The notes below the pieces were generated by a model. That model was not told the origin of the DNA, ran no database searches, and saw only the letters and a list, made by a program, of their open reading frames with translations. Below, piece after piece: positions 1 through 14,369 of a stretch of 64,000 bases of DNA. The stretch is from Octopus sinensis (Eukaryota), in assembly GCF_006345805.1 (NCBI RefSeq), contig NC_042997.1, positions 1,860,001 through 1,924,000 of the forward strand, written 5' to 3'. How positions within the stretch are numbered: position 1 is the first letter of the stretch; each line of letters opens with the position of its first letter. The position numbers were made by a program, and so were the translations under genes.

Positions 1-1545
1 CCGCCCCATCGTTTCCGCCTGTAATTGCCCTACTGAACACATTTCCCTATACCTCGACGGCATCATGTCCCCTTTAGTCAAAGCCCTACCTTCCCACATA
101 CATGATACCAACCACGCCCTCCGTCTCGTCAATTCCTTTTCCTTCCCTTCCAGCCCCTCACACCTCCTCTTCACCCTTGACATCAAATCACTGTATACGG
201 TAATTCCCCACAACGACGGTCTCCTAGCTCTCCAACACTTCTCTCGACCGTCGTCCCGACCCTACCCCTAGCACCCCACCCTCCTCCGCCTGGCAGAGCT
301 CGTCCTAACCCTCAACTGTTTCACGTTCGCCGGGGAAACGTACCAACAGCTGTCCGGGGTCGCGATGGGAACGAGAATTGGCCCCAATGTTGCCAATCTC
401 TTTGTTGGCTACATTGAGATCCAAGTATTCTCTCAATTCTCCGGGCCGACCCCAGAACTATACGGTCGTTACATAGACGACTGTATAGGCGCCACCTCCC
501 TTTCCCGCGAACAACTCTGCCACTTCATCTCTTTCCTCTCTAACTTCCACCCCTCTCTACAATTCACTTCCACCATATCCAATACTTCCGTTAACTTCCT
601 TGATATCTCACTCAGCATCGACCAACCCTCCCACTCTCTCACCAACTCCGCCTTCTTCAAACCCACGGATTCCCACCTCTATCTCAATTTCTCCTCCTCC
701 CATCCCTTCCACACCAAACGGGCTATCCCCTACTCCCAGTTCCTCCGGACGCTTGTGCAGCCGCGACCAGGATTTCGAGACCCAGTCTCAATACCTGGCC
801 CGCCTGTTCAAGCTTCGAGGATACCCACCTACCCTGGTCTTGAACGCCCTCGCCCGCGCCCGTCGCATCGACCGCACCAACGCCCTTTCTCCTTCCGATC
901 ACCCACCCCCAACCGCATCCCCTTTCCCCTCCTTTTCCACCCCTCTAATCTACCCCTTCGTCGGAAGATACTTCGTGCCTTCCGTCGTCTCCAGCTCGAT
1001 TCCACGACCCACCCATTTTCCCCAACCCACCCATTTTCCCCAACCCACCCCTGTCCTCCTTCAAACGAGCCCGGAATCTACGCGACCTCCTGGTCCGTAG
1101 CACCCTTCCTTCTTCCCCCTCGGCCCCACTCGGATCCTTCCCATGCTCCAGATCCCGCTGCAACACCTGCCCCTTCATCACCAACACCACTGCTCTCACC
1201 GGTTCCAACCGGCGAACTGTACGTATCAGGTATTCCTTTACGTGCACCTCGTCTGGGCTCATATACTGCACTAAATACAACCGCTGCAGGATGCTGTATA
1301 GAGGACAGACGGGACGCCGGTTGTCAGACCGATTCGCCGAGCATCTGCGGGATGTTCGTCTACTTTCCAATTCTCTCGTCGCACGGCACTTCCTCTCGGC
1401 CAGCCATTCCCCCGATGACATCTCGGTGTTTGGTCTTTCCCCACACAACGGCTCTCCACAATCTAGGCTTCACTTGGAGCAATGGTTCATATTCCTTCTA
1501 CGGACTCTAACCCCACACGGACTCAAAACAGCCCCTTCCGCTTAG
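1..1545 (+). mobile_element. Penelope-like retroelement, frameshifted RT plus GIY-YIG endonuclease (5' end runs off the window)
   Basis: ORF track shows RT motifs LFTLDIKSLYTVIP, MGTRIGPNVANLFVG, YGRYIDDCIG and NFLDI, thumb KPTDSHLYLNFSSSHP, and GIY-YIG-like YRGQTGRRLSDRFAEHLRD (1291-1545). Disrupted by a stop at 269-271, frameshifts and a ~21 bp tandem duplication near 1008-1050. Confidence 0.9.
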
Positions 1546-1659
1546 TGACTGCGCTCCACTTCTCCCCACGCATCTTTTATTTTTTATTTTTTATTTTTTG
1601 TTTATTAATTATTATTTATTTTTAATTTTTTTTAATTTTTATAATTGTCCTTATGCAGT

Positions 1660-3960
1660 CACACACACACATACTCACGTACCCACGAACACATCTACTC
1701 CCAACACACCACACACACACAACATACATGCACATGTACGCACACATACTTCCACACCCATACACCCCCCACCGCACACACACGCATGCCCGTGCACACA
1801 CCACCAGGGACAATACTCATACAGATACGCACCACCCTATAAACACCTAGCTGGACGCCACAGATACACGCACGTAAGCGCCACACCGCACATGTGTACC
1901 TTACGCCCACACAACTCCACCCCCCACACGTATATAACATCACACAACATATACATACGTACACACACATAATACATACATACATACACGCACACGCACC
2001 CATACATACATACATACATACATACATGCATTCATACATACAGTCATACATTCATACATACATACACACACACATATACATACACACACATACATACATA
2101 CACACATACATACACACACATACACATAGGCACACATACATACATTCACACACACATACATACACACATACATACATACATACATACACACACATACATA
2201 TACATACACATACATACACACACACATACGCACACACACACGCACGCACAATACATACATACACACACATACCTATATGCAAACATATACACACGTACAC
2301 ACATACATACATAAATACACACATACATACACACATACACACACACACTTACATACATACATATACACACAGACATACATACACACACACATACACACAT
2401 CCATACACACATACATAGACACATATATACACACAAACATACATATACATACATACACACACATGCACACATACACGCATGCACACATACATACATACAC
2501 ACACATACATACTATACACACATACATACACACACGCGTAAATATACATACATGCATACACACACACACACACACTTACACACATACACACACACACTTA
2601 CACACATACACCCGTACATACATACACACTTACATACACACACATACATACACACTTACACATATACACACACATACATACACACTTACACACATACACA
2701 CACATACATACACATACGCATACATATACACACACATACATACATACATACATATATACACACATGCATACACACATACATACATAGATACACACATACA
2801 CAAACATACATATACATACACACATACATACACACACATACACACTCACGCACGCACACATACATACATACACGCACATACATACACACACACGTACATA
2901 CATACATACATACACACAAACTTACACACATACACATACATACATACATACATACACACATACACACATACACACACATACATACATACATACATACGGA
3001 CATACATACACACACATATACATACATACACACATACACACACATATATATACATACATACATGCACACACATGCACACATACACGCATGCACATATATA
3101 TACATACATACATACACACATACATACACTACATACATAGATGCATATATATATATACACACACATACATAAACATACATATGTACACACACGCACATAC
3201 ACACATACACGCATGCAAAAGTACATACATACACACATACGTACATACATACATACATACACACACACTTACACACATACACACACATACATACATACAT
3301 ACGTACGTACATACATACATATACACACACATACATACACACACACATACATACATACATACATACACACATACACACACATACACACATACATACACAC
3401 ACGCATACATACACACATACACACACATACACACATACATACATACACACACGCATACATATACATACATACATACACATACACACACATACACACATAC
3501 ACACATACACACTCACATATAAACACGCATATAAGCCCCTACATTGTACACACACGCACACATATATACATACATTCACTCGCACGCACGTACACACACA
3601 CGCACACACACATTTACATATATATATACTATACACTCACACACACATACACACGTACAAACACACACAAACTCACATACACACCGACAGATATACATAC
3701 ACAATATACACCTATCTGCGCACGCACACATACACACAAACACATACAAACGCAAACATACACGCACATACGTACATACATACACTCTCACACAAATGAA
3801 CCCACACATACATCCCTACACACACACACGCACGTACAAGCACACATGCACTAGGTTAAGCAGTTACTCGCCACACACCCACACTCTACGCATACACACA
3901 CGGACAGACACATGCACACACACACACACACTACAAACAACACACACCCATGATACATAT
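1660..3960. repeat. ~2.3 kb compound (CA)/(TACA)/(TA) microsatellite array
   Basis: Continuous alternating purine-pyrimidine sequence seen directly; it generates the His/Thr and Val/Cys ORFs. Confidence 0.97.
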
Positions 3961-4265
3961 AGCCCTTTGTTTTTTTGACCCGGCTTTGACCTGGCTTGAT
4001 ACAAACAGCTAGTAGTCATTATGACAGCTGACTTTGTCATTGCCTTTATTCACCAAAAATACACACACACACACACGCACGCACTAACACACTTGTCATC
4101 TTGCACACACACACACACGCATTCCTTTTTTGGAACTCTCTTGCCTTATAAAACCATGTTTCGACTACCTTCAACTTCTGTTCTTTCAACATGTGATCTC
4201 TTCAGCACCACCAGCGCAAATATTTTCTCCTCTGTCTTCCCTCCTTGGGATCTTTCCTTCTCCTT

Positions 4266-4300
4266 GTTTCCGACGAAGAGCTCCGCTCGAAACGTTAAAC
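4266..4300 (+). ncRNA. Minimal type I hammerhead-like motif in a PLE terminal repeat (U4 to C variant)
   Basis: GTTT-CCGACGA-A-GAGC(TCC)GCTC-GAAA-CGT-T-AAAC. Stem I is GTTT/AAAC, stem II is a 4 bp hairpin, helix III is the palindrome ACGT. Confidence 0.55.
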
Positions 4301-4403
4301 CCTCCTTCCCTTCTTTCCTGAGCGTCAATAATACTTTAATTTATCCACGTCCTGCGTTGCTGTGTTTTTTTCTCTTTTTTTCTGTGTTTTCTTGTTTGGA
4401 TTA

Positions 4404-4409
<6 letters not shown>

Positions 4410-4451
<42 letters not shown>

Positions 4452-4459
4452 CGTATATC

Positions 4460-4500
<41 letters not shown>

Positions 4501-4662
4501 TATATATATATATATATGTATATATATGTATATACATATATTATATATCAATAAATGAAAGGATGGAGTCGAACGAAGATGTTAACAAAATTCCTTTACT
4601 CTCAACACATTTTCCATGCTGACGATAAACATAGGATAATTCATTCACCTATTAAATATATA

Positions 4663-4759
<97 letters not shown>

Positions 4760-4800
4760 GTATGTATGTATATATGTATGTGAGTATATATGTATATATA
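4410..4800. repeat. (TA)n-rich microsatellite blocks
   Basis: Seen directly. Confidence 0.95.
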
Positions 4801-4903
4801 TACTCAAAATACATACATGCATGGGCGGCAGCTCCTGAGTGACATTCTTTTTCTGATAACCTAGAATACATATCCAAAGAAGTCGCATGAATCTACCACA
4901 ATC

Positions 4904-5252
4904 AGAAGAAGAAGAAGAAGAAGAAGAAGAAAGCGAGAGTGCTATGATAGTTGTAGGATGTTGAATGGCCAAGTGCTTGAGAAAGTGACTTGTTGTGGAT
5001 GGTAGTAGTGATTGCATTCTTGAGATATCTCAGTTGAATGTATTGTTTACAATAGTTGCGTAGGTGTTATTCTACACAGCAGTAGTAGTGAAGTAAGGAA
5101 GGAGGTGGTGGAGTAGGAGAAGCAGACGAAGACGTGGGAGAAAGAGAAGAAGAGAAAATAATAAGAAAATGCTGGATAGTATAATAGTAATAGCATGTTA
5201 AATGCTTAATGGACCTAAACGTGACTTGTTGTGGATTATAGCAGTGATTCTA
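4904..5252. repeat. Left arm of ~350 bp inverted repeat, with (GAA)n at its outer end
   Basis: Its reverse complement aligns by eye to 6214-6600, e.g. cttgagatatctca vs tgagatatctcaag and gtgacttgttgtgga vs tccacaagtcac. Confidence 0.8.
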
Positions 5253-5254
5253 GG

Positions 5255-6130
5255 AACAACGTAATAGAAACAGATATATACTTCCAGTCCCCGCACTCCA
5301 AACAATATGTACGTTCAACTCATTCCACCCGAGACACACCAGAATGAATACGACCTTTAGCCAAGCAAAAATAATATGTACTATAATTTCTGATGCAAGC
5401 ACCAGGGACACACGACTACATGAACAAACGGATACACTCATCACCAGGAACTACCCACCTTCACTAATTGACATATGCTTTCAACATGCCCCACAACTTA
5501 ACATGCTGCATGAACTCAGACATTCCAAATTAAAGAAGCATTTACAACTCAATATCCCTACCATATATCTTCACTCAAAATTCTCTTCACAATAAAGCCT
5601 TCGGCACCATCCTTCATAGCATTCCTCTGCTAAAAGGGACCCACAAAATAAACTTAATCCTCCAAAGACACACCATCATAAAAAGTAAGAGACAGTCCAA
5701 AACTATGAAAAGTCCCCTAACGAAAGCCGAATATGCTCAACAACGATACTGAAGACGTCAGTTAAAAACATGCGGAAGAGACAACTGCTGGATATGCTTC
5801 AATTTAATTGAGGGATCAGAGTTCTTCAAACAGGGATAACGTTTCACAATGGAAAACAGCTTCACATGTGCTTCGGAGAATCTGATATATGCACTAGCAA
5901 TACATAAGCGAAACAAAAAAGTCTGTCGAAAGATGGCTCTGCACAGATCCCAGGTCAAAATGTAAAAAAAAGCAGAAAAATAACATTCAGCGAACACATC
6001 GAAATTTGTGCGAATAACAAAAGTCCAAGCTTCAGAATGTTTCCCCTCTATCAATTTAGGGACGATACAACCTGTAGCCTACAAATTAGTAAAAATACTC
6101 TCTTTATTGCATCTGCAACAAATGACATAA
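5255..6130 (+). mobile_element. Degraded PLE fragment (RT thumb, linker and GIY-YIG)
   Basis: Conceptual peptides FSQAKIICTIISDASTRDTRLHE..RNYPPSLID, then LIYAL, MALHRSQ and EHIEIC..FRMFPLYQF, typical of the PLE C-terminal half. Confidence 0.7.
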
Positions 6131-6213
6131 CCACCACAACGTTAGAACAACACACACGCAAATATTCAAATGATACATTCAAAAGCGATACCCAAGAATT
6201 CATTAAAAACAGT

Positions 6214-6660
6214 CCCAATCACTGCTATAAACCACAACGAGCCACATTTAGGTGACTTGAATATTTAACATCCTAATACTATGATACCATCCCGCTTTCT
6301 CTTATTATTTCCTTTTCACTTTCTTCTTCTCCGTCCTCTTCTCCTTCTCTGCTACCTCCTTCCTTACTTTACTACTACTGCTATTTAGGATAGCAATACA
6401 ATCAAACAATACATTCAAATGAGATATCTCAAGAATTAAATCACTACTACCATCCACAAGTCACTTTCAAGGCGCTTGACCATTTTAAACTTCCTACTAC
6501 TATCATACCACTCTCACATTCTTCTCCTTCTTTTTCATTTTTTCCTTCTTCTTCTTCTTCTTCTTCTTCTTCTTCTTCTTCTTCTTCTTCTTCTTCTTCT
6601 TCTTCTTCTCCTTCTTCTTCTTCTCCTTCTTCTTCTTCTTCTTTTTCTCCTCCGCTTTCT
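6214..6660. repeat. Right arm of the inverted repeat, ending in (TTC)n
   Basis: Reverse-complement match to 4904-5252. Confidence 0.8.
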
Positions 6661-6966
6661 TCTCAGCCAAGAATTCACAACCATCTCGAACCCACAAATG
6701 TAATCAAGAGAGACAGAGACAGGCAGAAACAAGGAATATGCCCCTTGTATTTGGATATTATGCAAATATTCTTTTAAAAAAAATTTCATTTAATTTTCTA
6801 AAATTTTTCTTTTTCAGAATTTAATTGTTTTCCATCCTTACAGTTGCAAAATTCTTAACGGCCGGAACCGGTACTGAAATGTTTTAACAAAATTATGTTA
6901 CCATTACCTACCTTGACTTTTTACCATCTATATATATCAACTCGTGTGTTCCTTTCCAACCTTCTA

Positions 6967-7004
<38 letters not shown>

Positions 7005-7057
7005 CACACACACATATACACATACACACACAAACATACACACACACACACACACAC

Positions 7058-7105
<48 letters not shown>

Positions 7106-7699
7106 TACATATGAATTCATACATAAGTACATATACATACATATATATATATATATATGCATATATGTAATTATATACACGTCGTATTTTGCAGTTGCTC
7201 TTTAAGATAACATTATTTTCAATATACTATCGTCCTTTTCAAATTTATATGCATTGAACATCATCTCCATCTGTAATCTTATGAACACTGAGAAACATCT
7301 ATACATAAAATCAAGTAAAACAAATGTGTCAGATTAATGGAATATATGGACAGAAACTTAATCTTGCAATAGCTATCTAGATTCTAAAAGAAATGGCTTA
7401 TACTTGATATATGATCGGATCAAACGAGGTTTTAGCATTATTTTATTATATAGATATAGAAATGAGTATCATGTCCATACGTATACAGACACAGAGACAG
7501 ACACACCGATACAGACACACACATACACCACACATACACGCACATATGCATATGTTTATGCATGTGTGTGTATGTAACTGGTTTTCCTTTGATTATACAG
7601 CTAATTCTCATGTAGTTGAGGTTGATTCTTGAATAGGTGATGGTTTATTTCTCAGGAGAGTTACTCAAGACATATTAATGTGTTATGAGTGACTATGCA

Positions 7700-8500
7700 G
7701 CTTTTATTTATTGTTTTGCTGGTGTGTAGCTTATTGCAATGTATGATACTTGCCTTGAAGTTTCTGTGTAAGATTTGAGTAATTTTTTTAACCGTATTCA
7801 TTTCTATAAGCTTGTTTCTGTTGTGGCTACAGCATATGCTAATTTACGACCTGTTAACGTTCTTATTTTAACAGACATACAGTTAGGGTTCAGCTGTCAT
7901 TAAGTTTTACGTCCGCCTGTGTGTGTCATAGTTTAATGCTGAACATTTCTACTATTCTTGGGAATACATGAGAATTATTGGAACATTACTTCGTATAAGT
8001 TATGGATCCTCTAGTCTCAAGGTGTTTGGCAGTATCGAGCTTGTATTAATTAAATCTTACTTTTGCAACTTTCTCGTAATTAGATTACCGGTAATTATTT
8101 TCTTCAGATTTCTGTAACCAAATTTTCTTTATTAAATGCATGGTCTACCAAATTAGAATTCTCTCTTCGTATATTTAAATGAGATTATTTGCGTCTTTAA
8201 TCGCTTTTTCGTAAATATTAAGAAACATTTTTTTCAACAATGTTTAAACTATAGTGTGAAGCACTAGTATGTTCTATTACACTTGCTGCAACCCAATGTT
8301 AATGAGTATAGTGTGAGATTTAATCTGCTGTTTGCACTGAGGTTATTAACTGGTTTTCAAAGTTTTCAATAAATTTGAATTTTGAATCGAAATGTTGTGT
8401 TATTTGCTTATTCTCCTATTTGCTTATTCTCTGTCTCTCTGCAAAAATTCCAATATAAAATGACAATCCTAATGTTAATGGAGGCAGAAACTTAAATCTG
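7700..8500 (-). mobile_element. Highly degraded PLE-like 3' fragment (GIY-YIG region)
   Basis: Minus-strand conceptual translation includes SNLVDHAFNKEN and KLDTAKHL, resembling the DHA motif region of PLE endonucleases; many stops. Confidence 0.45.
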
Positions 8501-9024
8501 TGCCCTGCTTCAAAAAATAGATATACTATAATTTATCTTGTACTTTCGGTCATGATGGTTTTGCTTAATTAATGTTAAATTATATTAAATTTCATAGAGA
8601 CAACATAGCTAGGAGTTAATATAACAATATAATGCAGATTTAGAATGAACTCAATCCTATATATTTTCGCCCCACAAAATCACACACTTGTTCATATGAT
8701 ATGTGTAAAATATGGCTTTATTTGTGTATATATATATGTTAATGTAAATTTTAAATATATATGACTAAATATGAAGCTAGGAAATGGTGGGTCAAAAATC
8801 AAACAAAAGATTGCAGTCGACCAGGTCCACAAACGGCGAAATAGTTAAATCTTAACATCTTCTTAATAAACATTAATTATTCACTGAAATATATCGAGTG
8901 ATATTTCACATAATGTACAACTATATTTAAAACATCTCGCTCACTCACTCTTCTTCACTCTGTGTTTAAATGCCTGCTTCTCTGTATACATGTATGTAGC
9001 AATATGTATGTATAGATACGTATA

Positions 9025-9072
<48 letters not shown>

Positions 9073-10814
9073 CGTATGTGTGTGCGTGTGTGTGTGTGTG
9101 TGTGTGTACGTGCGTGCGTGTGTATGCATAAATATATATACATGAATTTATATAAGTCCACAGACATATACATGTATGTAGATGTTAATCTCTCTGTCTG
9201 CCTGTCTGTCTATCTATCTCTGTAGACATCTATTTACATATACATATGTGTGTATGTGTAAGTATGTGAACACAGAACGAGTCTGGTGCAAATACGTATG
9301 TAGGTGTAAATAACATAGAAATAAATCGGTTTCTTAGATGTTAGGTTTCGGAGAGATCAAAACTTGTCATCAATGACAAAATATTCGAAAGCCCAGAGCG
9401 CTTTCATTCTAAGGTTTCGTACATTTTAGCAAACATCCAAAATAAAATCTGAAGTAATGTTGCTGCTGTTAATAGCATTCAATGTACAATAGATAGTAAA
9501 TTATTTTACAGCTGCACACCTCAACGCATATTAAACATTTATTTCTAAACATAATTATATTATCTACACCAGATATCCAAGTGACATTTTTGTGAGAGAT
9601 ACGAAGAGTTTCGTAGATTCGACGATGATCTTGAAAATAACTCAAGCAATAATTTTAAAAAGCAACAAAGCAATATCATTCTTTCTACGGATAGAAATTT
9701 AGGAATAAATAAACCACACATAATACACCTCAACGTTGAAAAATTAAAGGATTAATATATTGGGCTTCGGAAAGTGAGAGTGTCCCTATAGTTCTAGGAT
9801 ATCTGCAGACAAATACTTTCCTAAATGCGGTTTGAAACTGTCGTCAACTCTTATAATTTAAATAAGGGAATTTACGTGATGCGATCGTTAAGTAATAACC
9901 GATAATAGAAATATTCCCTAAAACTTGCTTTAGAAAATTGTATCAATCATTATAAATAAACAAATGATTATATAAAATATTATAAGAAACAAGTGAATAA
10001 TGGGTGATGATAAAACAGATGATTATGGCATCAACACGCATAAAAGTGAATACGATTCGTTTTGCAGCTAACCACAAACTTTTTGTGAGTGTATATTACT
10101 AAAATACTAGTAAAACAATATGCGAACATAAACTTGCAAATCACGGAAGGTTCTTCGCGAAAGCCCTATAATGTGACATATTAACGTTATCTTGAAAGTC
10201 GTACTGTTCATTAATAAATGCGTTATATCGGACACAAAACTGCAACATTCTCGTAGGATGACTATGCATTTACAATGAAGAGTCATCAGTATATTATATA
10301 AGATACTACTTAATGCATAGTTATAAAAACATTGGTTTTAGGCCGCTATCATTCTCCATGAAGGTGATCCCGTGTAATCGGTAGAAGCCGAAATTTAGCT
10401 CTCAGATACGGCAAACGTATCGCTTGCATTTCACAGTGGGATGGATCATAGTAAGTTTCTTAAAAATGGTATATGTGATTTTGCTGATTCATTAGCAAAA
10501 ATGAATGATTATACGATCCAAAGATGTGTCATCTATTCGACTGCGCGTAATGTAGAAATTAGCAATCAATCTTTAATATGCAAACACGGAATCGATTAAA
10601 GTGCGCATAATTATTTGCTTTTTCAACCCTGGTACGAAACGATACTTGAAAGTTACTGATTTTGCCTTATTTCCGTCAAAAGCGATGAGAAAATATTTCA
10701 TTATTTCATGCTTCATGCATCACTTTTAGGATTTTTTCTTGTTTCTTGGCAAAACATTGATCTCATAAAATTCTAAACTCCCTTATTCGTAGCTCACATC
10801 TACTTTAATGGAAC

Positions 10815-11030
10815 CGCGTTGGTTAGTTGTTAGGGAGTTGGACCTATGTATGATTGTTGTTCCGATTCCTGGGTCGTACGACGCATTGTGTTCTTGAGCA
10901 ATGCACTTCATTTCAGGTTACTCCAGTCCACTCAGCTGGTAAAAATGAGTAAATCCCGCGAAAGAATTGCAGTGCGTCCAAGGATGGGCGGTACAGATTC
11001 TCCTGAAACCGAGAAACTGGCGCAGTGAAT
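10815..11030 (+). mobile_element. tRNA-derived SINE (degenerate)
   Basis: Shares the core gttcttgagcaa..cactt..tttca..ttactccagtccactcagctg..aaatgagt with the better-preserved copy at 23685-24000. Confidence 0.6.
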
Positions 11031-11946
11031 CTATATGACTGGGAAAGGAACTTTACTACATTACTTTAATTTGTAATTTTTTATTTCTTCACACAAACAT
11101 ACACACACACACAAACACACACACACAGACACACACACACACACACACAAACATACACACACACAAACATACACACACACAAACATACACACACACAAAC
11201 ATACACACACACAAACACAGATGTTCACTCTAAATTGATCAGTTTGCATAAAAAGGTTAAAGGACAATATCCCAACCAAAAATCAAGTATAAAAAAATAC
11301 AAAATGTTTCAACTATCTTTTTTATTTTTGGATTCCTTTGATTTGTATTTTATTCTGGTGGACCCCACGGCATTCAAGAGTTTTATAGAAACCAGGAAGC
11401 TGTTTCTTGTAATATATACGAAAGTTTTTCATGGGCCCTTAAAATACTATTGCAGATCCCCAATTTATCATTTTGGATCTCACCAAAATTTAATATGGAA
11501 CCTGAGGGGCCGTATGGACCCCAGTTGAGAATCACTGAACAAGATTATGGCTCGGGGTTTATTCAATGCAGCCTACTCTTAGCATTTAGACTCTCTCAGA
11601 ACGGCTCTGGAACATGGCAGGTGCATTACATACTGTGTCCCAGGGAAGATCTTCGAACACCTATGTCATAACCACCAACTCAGCCTTGTTTTCTAACAAA
11701 CAGAGCGGTTAGTGTATTTCTCAACCACGTGCAACATATAGTAATCCAAGTGATTATAAATAGAGAAACTAGGAAACCAGAAATTGGAGCTGGTGAAGTC
11801 AAAGAAATTATCCAACAGTTGCTTCTGATTTTATTCGGCGGTGTGGAATGCATTTGAATCATGTTACCATGGACATAAATTTCCAGGAGCAACTGTCTCA
11901 CACACACCTACACATACATATAGTGTTTGAGTGCGTGTATATATAT

Positions 11947-11981
<35 letters not shown>

Positions 11982-12034
11982 GCACGCGCATACACAGGCA
12001 CGTATATAAGGGTATATTAGTGTGTATGCGTGCA

Positions 12035-12112
<78 letters not shown>

Positions 12113-13564
12113 GAGAGAAAGAAAGAGAGAGATACATAGATATCCAGCGTAGTGTAATGTTTGATAGGATAAGCAAAAATCACTCACTTCACACTGAGAT
12201 AAATATCATTTGCAAACTGCAATAGTTATACAGGTTGGTGCAGTAGTCGGATGCGGCTGTATAGCGTTACGTGTGATATACGGTCATCGTTAAGGCTCAG
12301 CTAACATGGATATTCCATGAGGAAATACGGAAAAAAAACGTCCTAATCAATAGCTGTGAACAGTTGATAGTTCCATTAATATTTTCAGATTATGTGATTT
12401 TAATCATTTAAATTAAGTATATTGCTAATGTTTAATGTTTAATCTCTTTTAACTTGTCATGTAAACAAAGTAAGTGCTCAGTGGGGTATATGAATGGTGC
12501 AGCTAAAATATGTGAAATGGTGTGTCTAATTCGATGAGAAAGGCGTTATTCATGCCACTGGCAAAAAATTGCCGAGATATCTACATCCTCTGAATATTAT
12601 TGGCTACATAGTGCATGCCCATTCTGTTTGATAAATGTAATATATATCTCTATAAATATCTACTTAGTGTTATGTGCTATACCACTGACTTATTAAATGC
12701 TTCCCTGGTTCTAGATTTACACACTCAAACGCTCTACAATTAACCAAATAATAAAACCTAACAGTCTTGCACACTCCTAACGTCTCTAAAACTCATATAT
12801 CTAACATTTGAATATTATATCTACGCTCAATTTCTAAAACAAACGTCAACAACAACGCAGCGCCTTACTATAGTGTGTCATGGCCGACAATCATTTTCAG
12901 TTGAAGATAATTTATTTCGTCTGAAAAAAAAACAAAAAAAACAGACTATAATTGCCCTCGCAAAGTTATATGCCAACCCTTTGATCATTGCAATTCGGGA
13001 CCTTTCGTGCTAGCAATTTCAAGGTGGATGTCCTCCTATCGAGAACATTTGCATATTTGTCTCTAATGTTATATTTAACGCCTGTCTTCTTACAGCCGAT
13101 TGTAAAAATCACCACACATTTTCTAATTCACACTTGTAATGGCCTACGATGTATTGTGTTTCTTTTCCTGTTTGCGGCAAGAAAGAATTTATCATTATAA
13201 TTGTGACGGCTAATAGTCTTTTGTTGTGGTTATAAGTGTAAGTCTGCAGTACTTCTATATTGATAAAGTTAAGTAGCTTTTGAAAAATTTAATCTTGTCT
13301 TCTGTCTTATGAAAAACAAATAATTGGAGTTCATTTTCGATAGGCTTGAAACGTAGTCAAATTATAATGAATATCTAGCTACACAACATTGAGATTATAG
13401 TGCGTGGGTGGTTTATTAAAAAATGTTTGTACTAGTTAAAGGTCATCTTGTTTTTTGTATTCAAGCACGGGAAGAGAAAACCCCTTGACAATTTGGATAA
13501 AAGACTGTGCAAAAAAGTGAAATATTTACACAGATAAAATAAACGATAAATTTAAGATTGATAT

Positions 13565-13571
13565 GAAGCTT

Positions 13572-13612
<41 letters not shown>

Positions 13613-13779
13613 GGAGGATGAGAGAGAGAGAAAGAGAGTGTGTGAGAGAGAGGTGGGGGAAGATGAAGGTGGTTTCCTTTGAAATAGTCGTTTTTAAAAT
13701 ACTGAACTAATTTTTCAAACAGAGGCATGAATAAAATAGGCAGAGAAGTAAGATTGAGAAAGAGGGAGAAAGAGTGATA

Positions 13780-13827
<48 letters not shown>

Positions 13828-13835
13828 AAGAGAGG
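13565..13835. repeat. (GA)n-rich microsatellite blocks
   Basis: Seen directly. Confidence 0.9.
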
Positions 13836-14369
13836 TTGGAAAAAGAAACACAGAGGGAGTTAACAAGCGGAGGGACAGACATATTAGATGTTAAGGTTCA
13901 GTAAACAGATACTACTACATTTGTTTCGAGTGCATTAATGACACCTTTGATATGAGTTGGTATTAATTTAATAATATCGTTTTACTTTCTGTCGTGACAT
14001 GTGGATTATTCCACTGAGAGAATATACAATTGTTAAGCAACTGTCTGGCATTTCCTCCTATTATGCAAGTGGACTTTACCAATAACTGGATGGATGATTG
14101 AAAATCGGAAGGTTATCAGTTGATGCATTGGAGCGAAAATTGTGCACTAGCATCAATCGATCGTGAAATCTATCGGGATAACGGAGATGAATTCGACTAT
14201 TCATTAACGTCGGTTTTTCATTAGCATAGACTGAGTACAAGGTAATGAAATTTAGATGATGATGACATGAATGATGATTATAGCCAGGCTGCTGTTTCTG
14301 CTCTTGCTGCTTACAGCTTATGATATTTCTGATGATAATGCTGGTCGTCGTTTTGACAGTAGTAATTAA

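Noticed and set aside
1598-3978. Many long His/Thr-rich and Val/Cys/Met-rich ORFs (up to 316 aa)
   Set aside because: They are translations of the (CA)/(TACA) microsatellite, which lacks stop codons in several frames.
9335-9380. Possible further hammerhead on the minus strand (TTGATGA..GAAAC)
   Set aside because: C3 is missing and no credible stem I or stem II pairing was found.
10342-10450. Exon-like segment with a GTAAGT donor
   Set aside because: All three frames from the acceptor contain stops; it could only be UTR, and nothing supports that.
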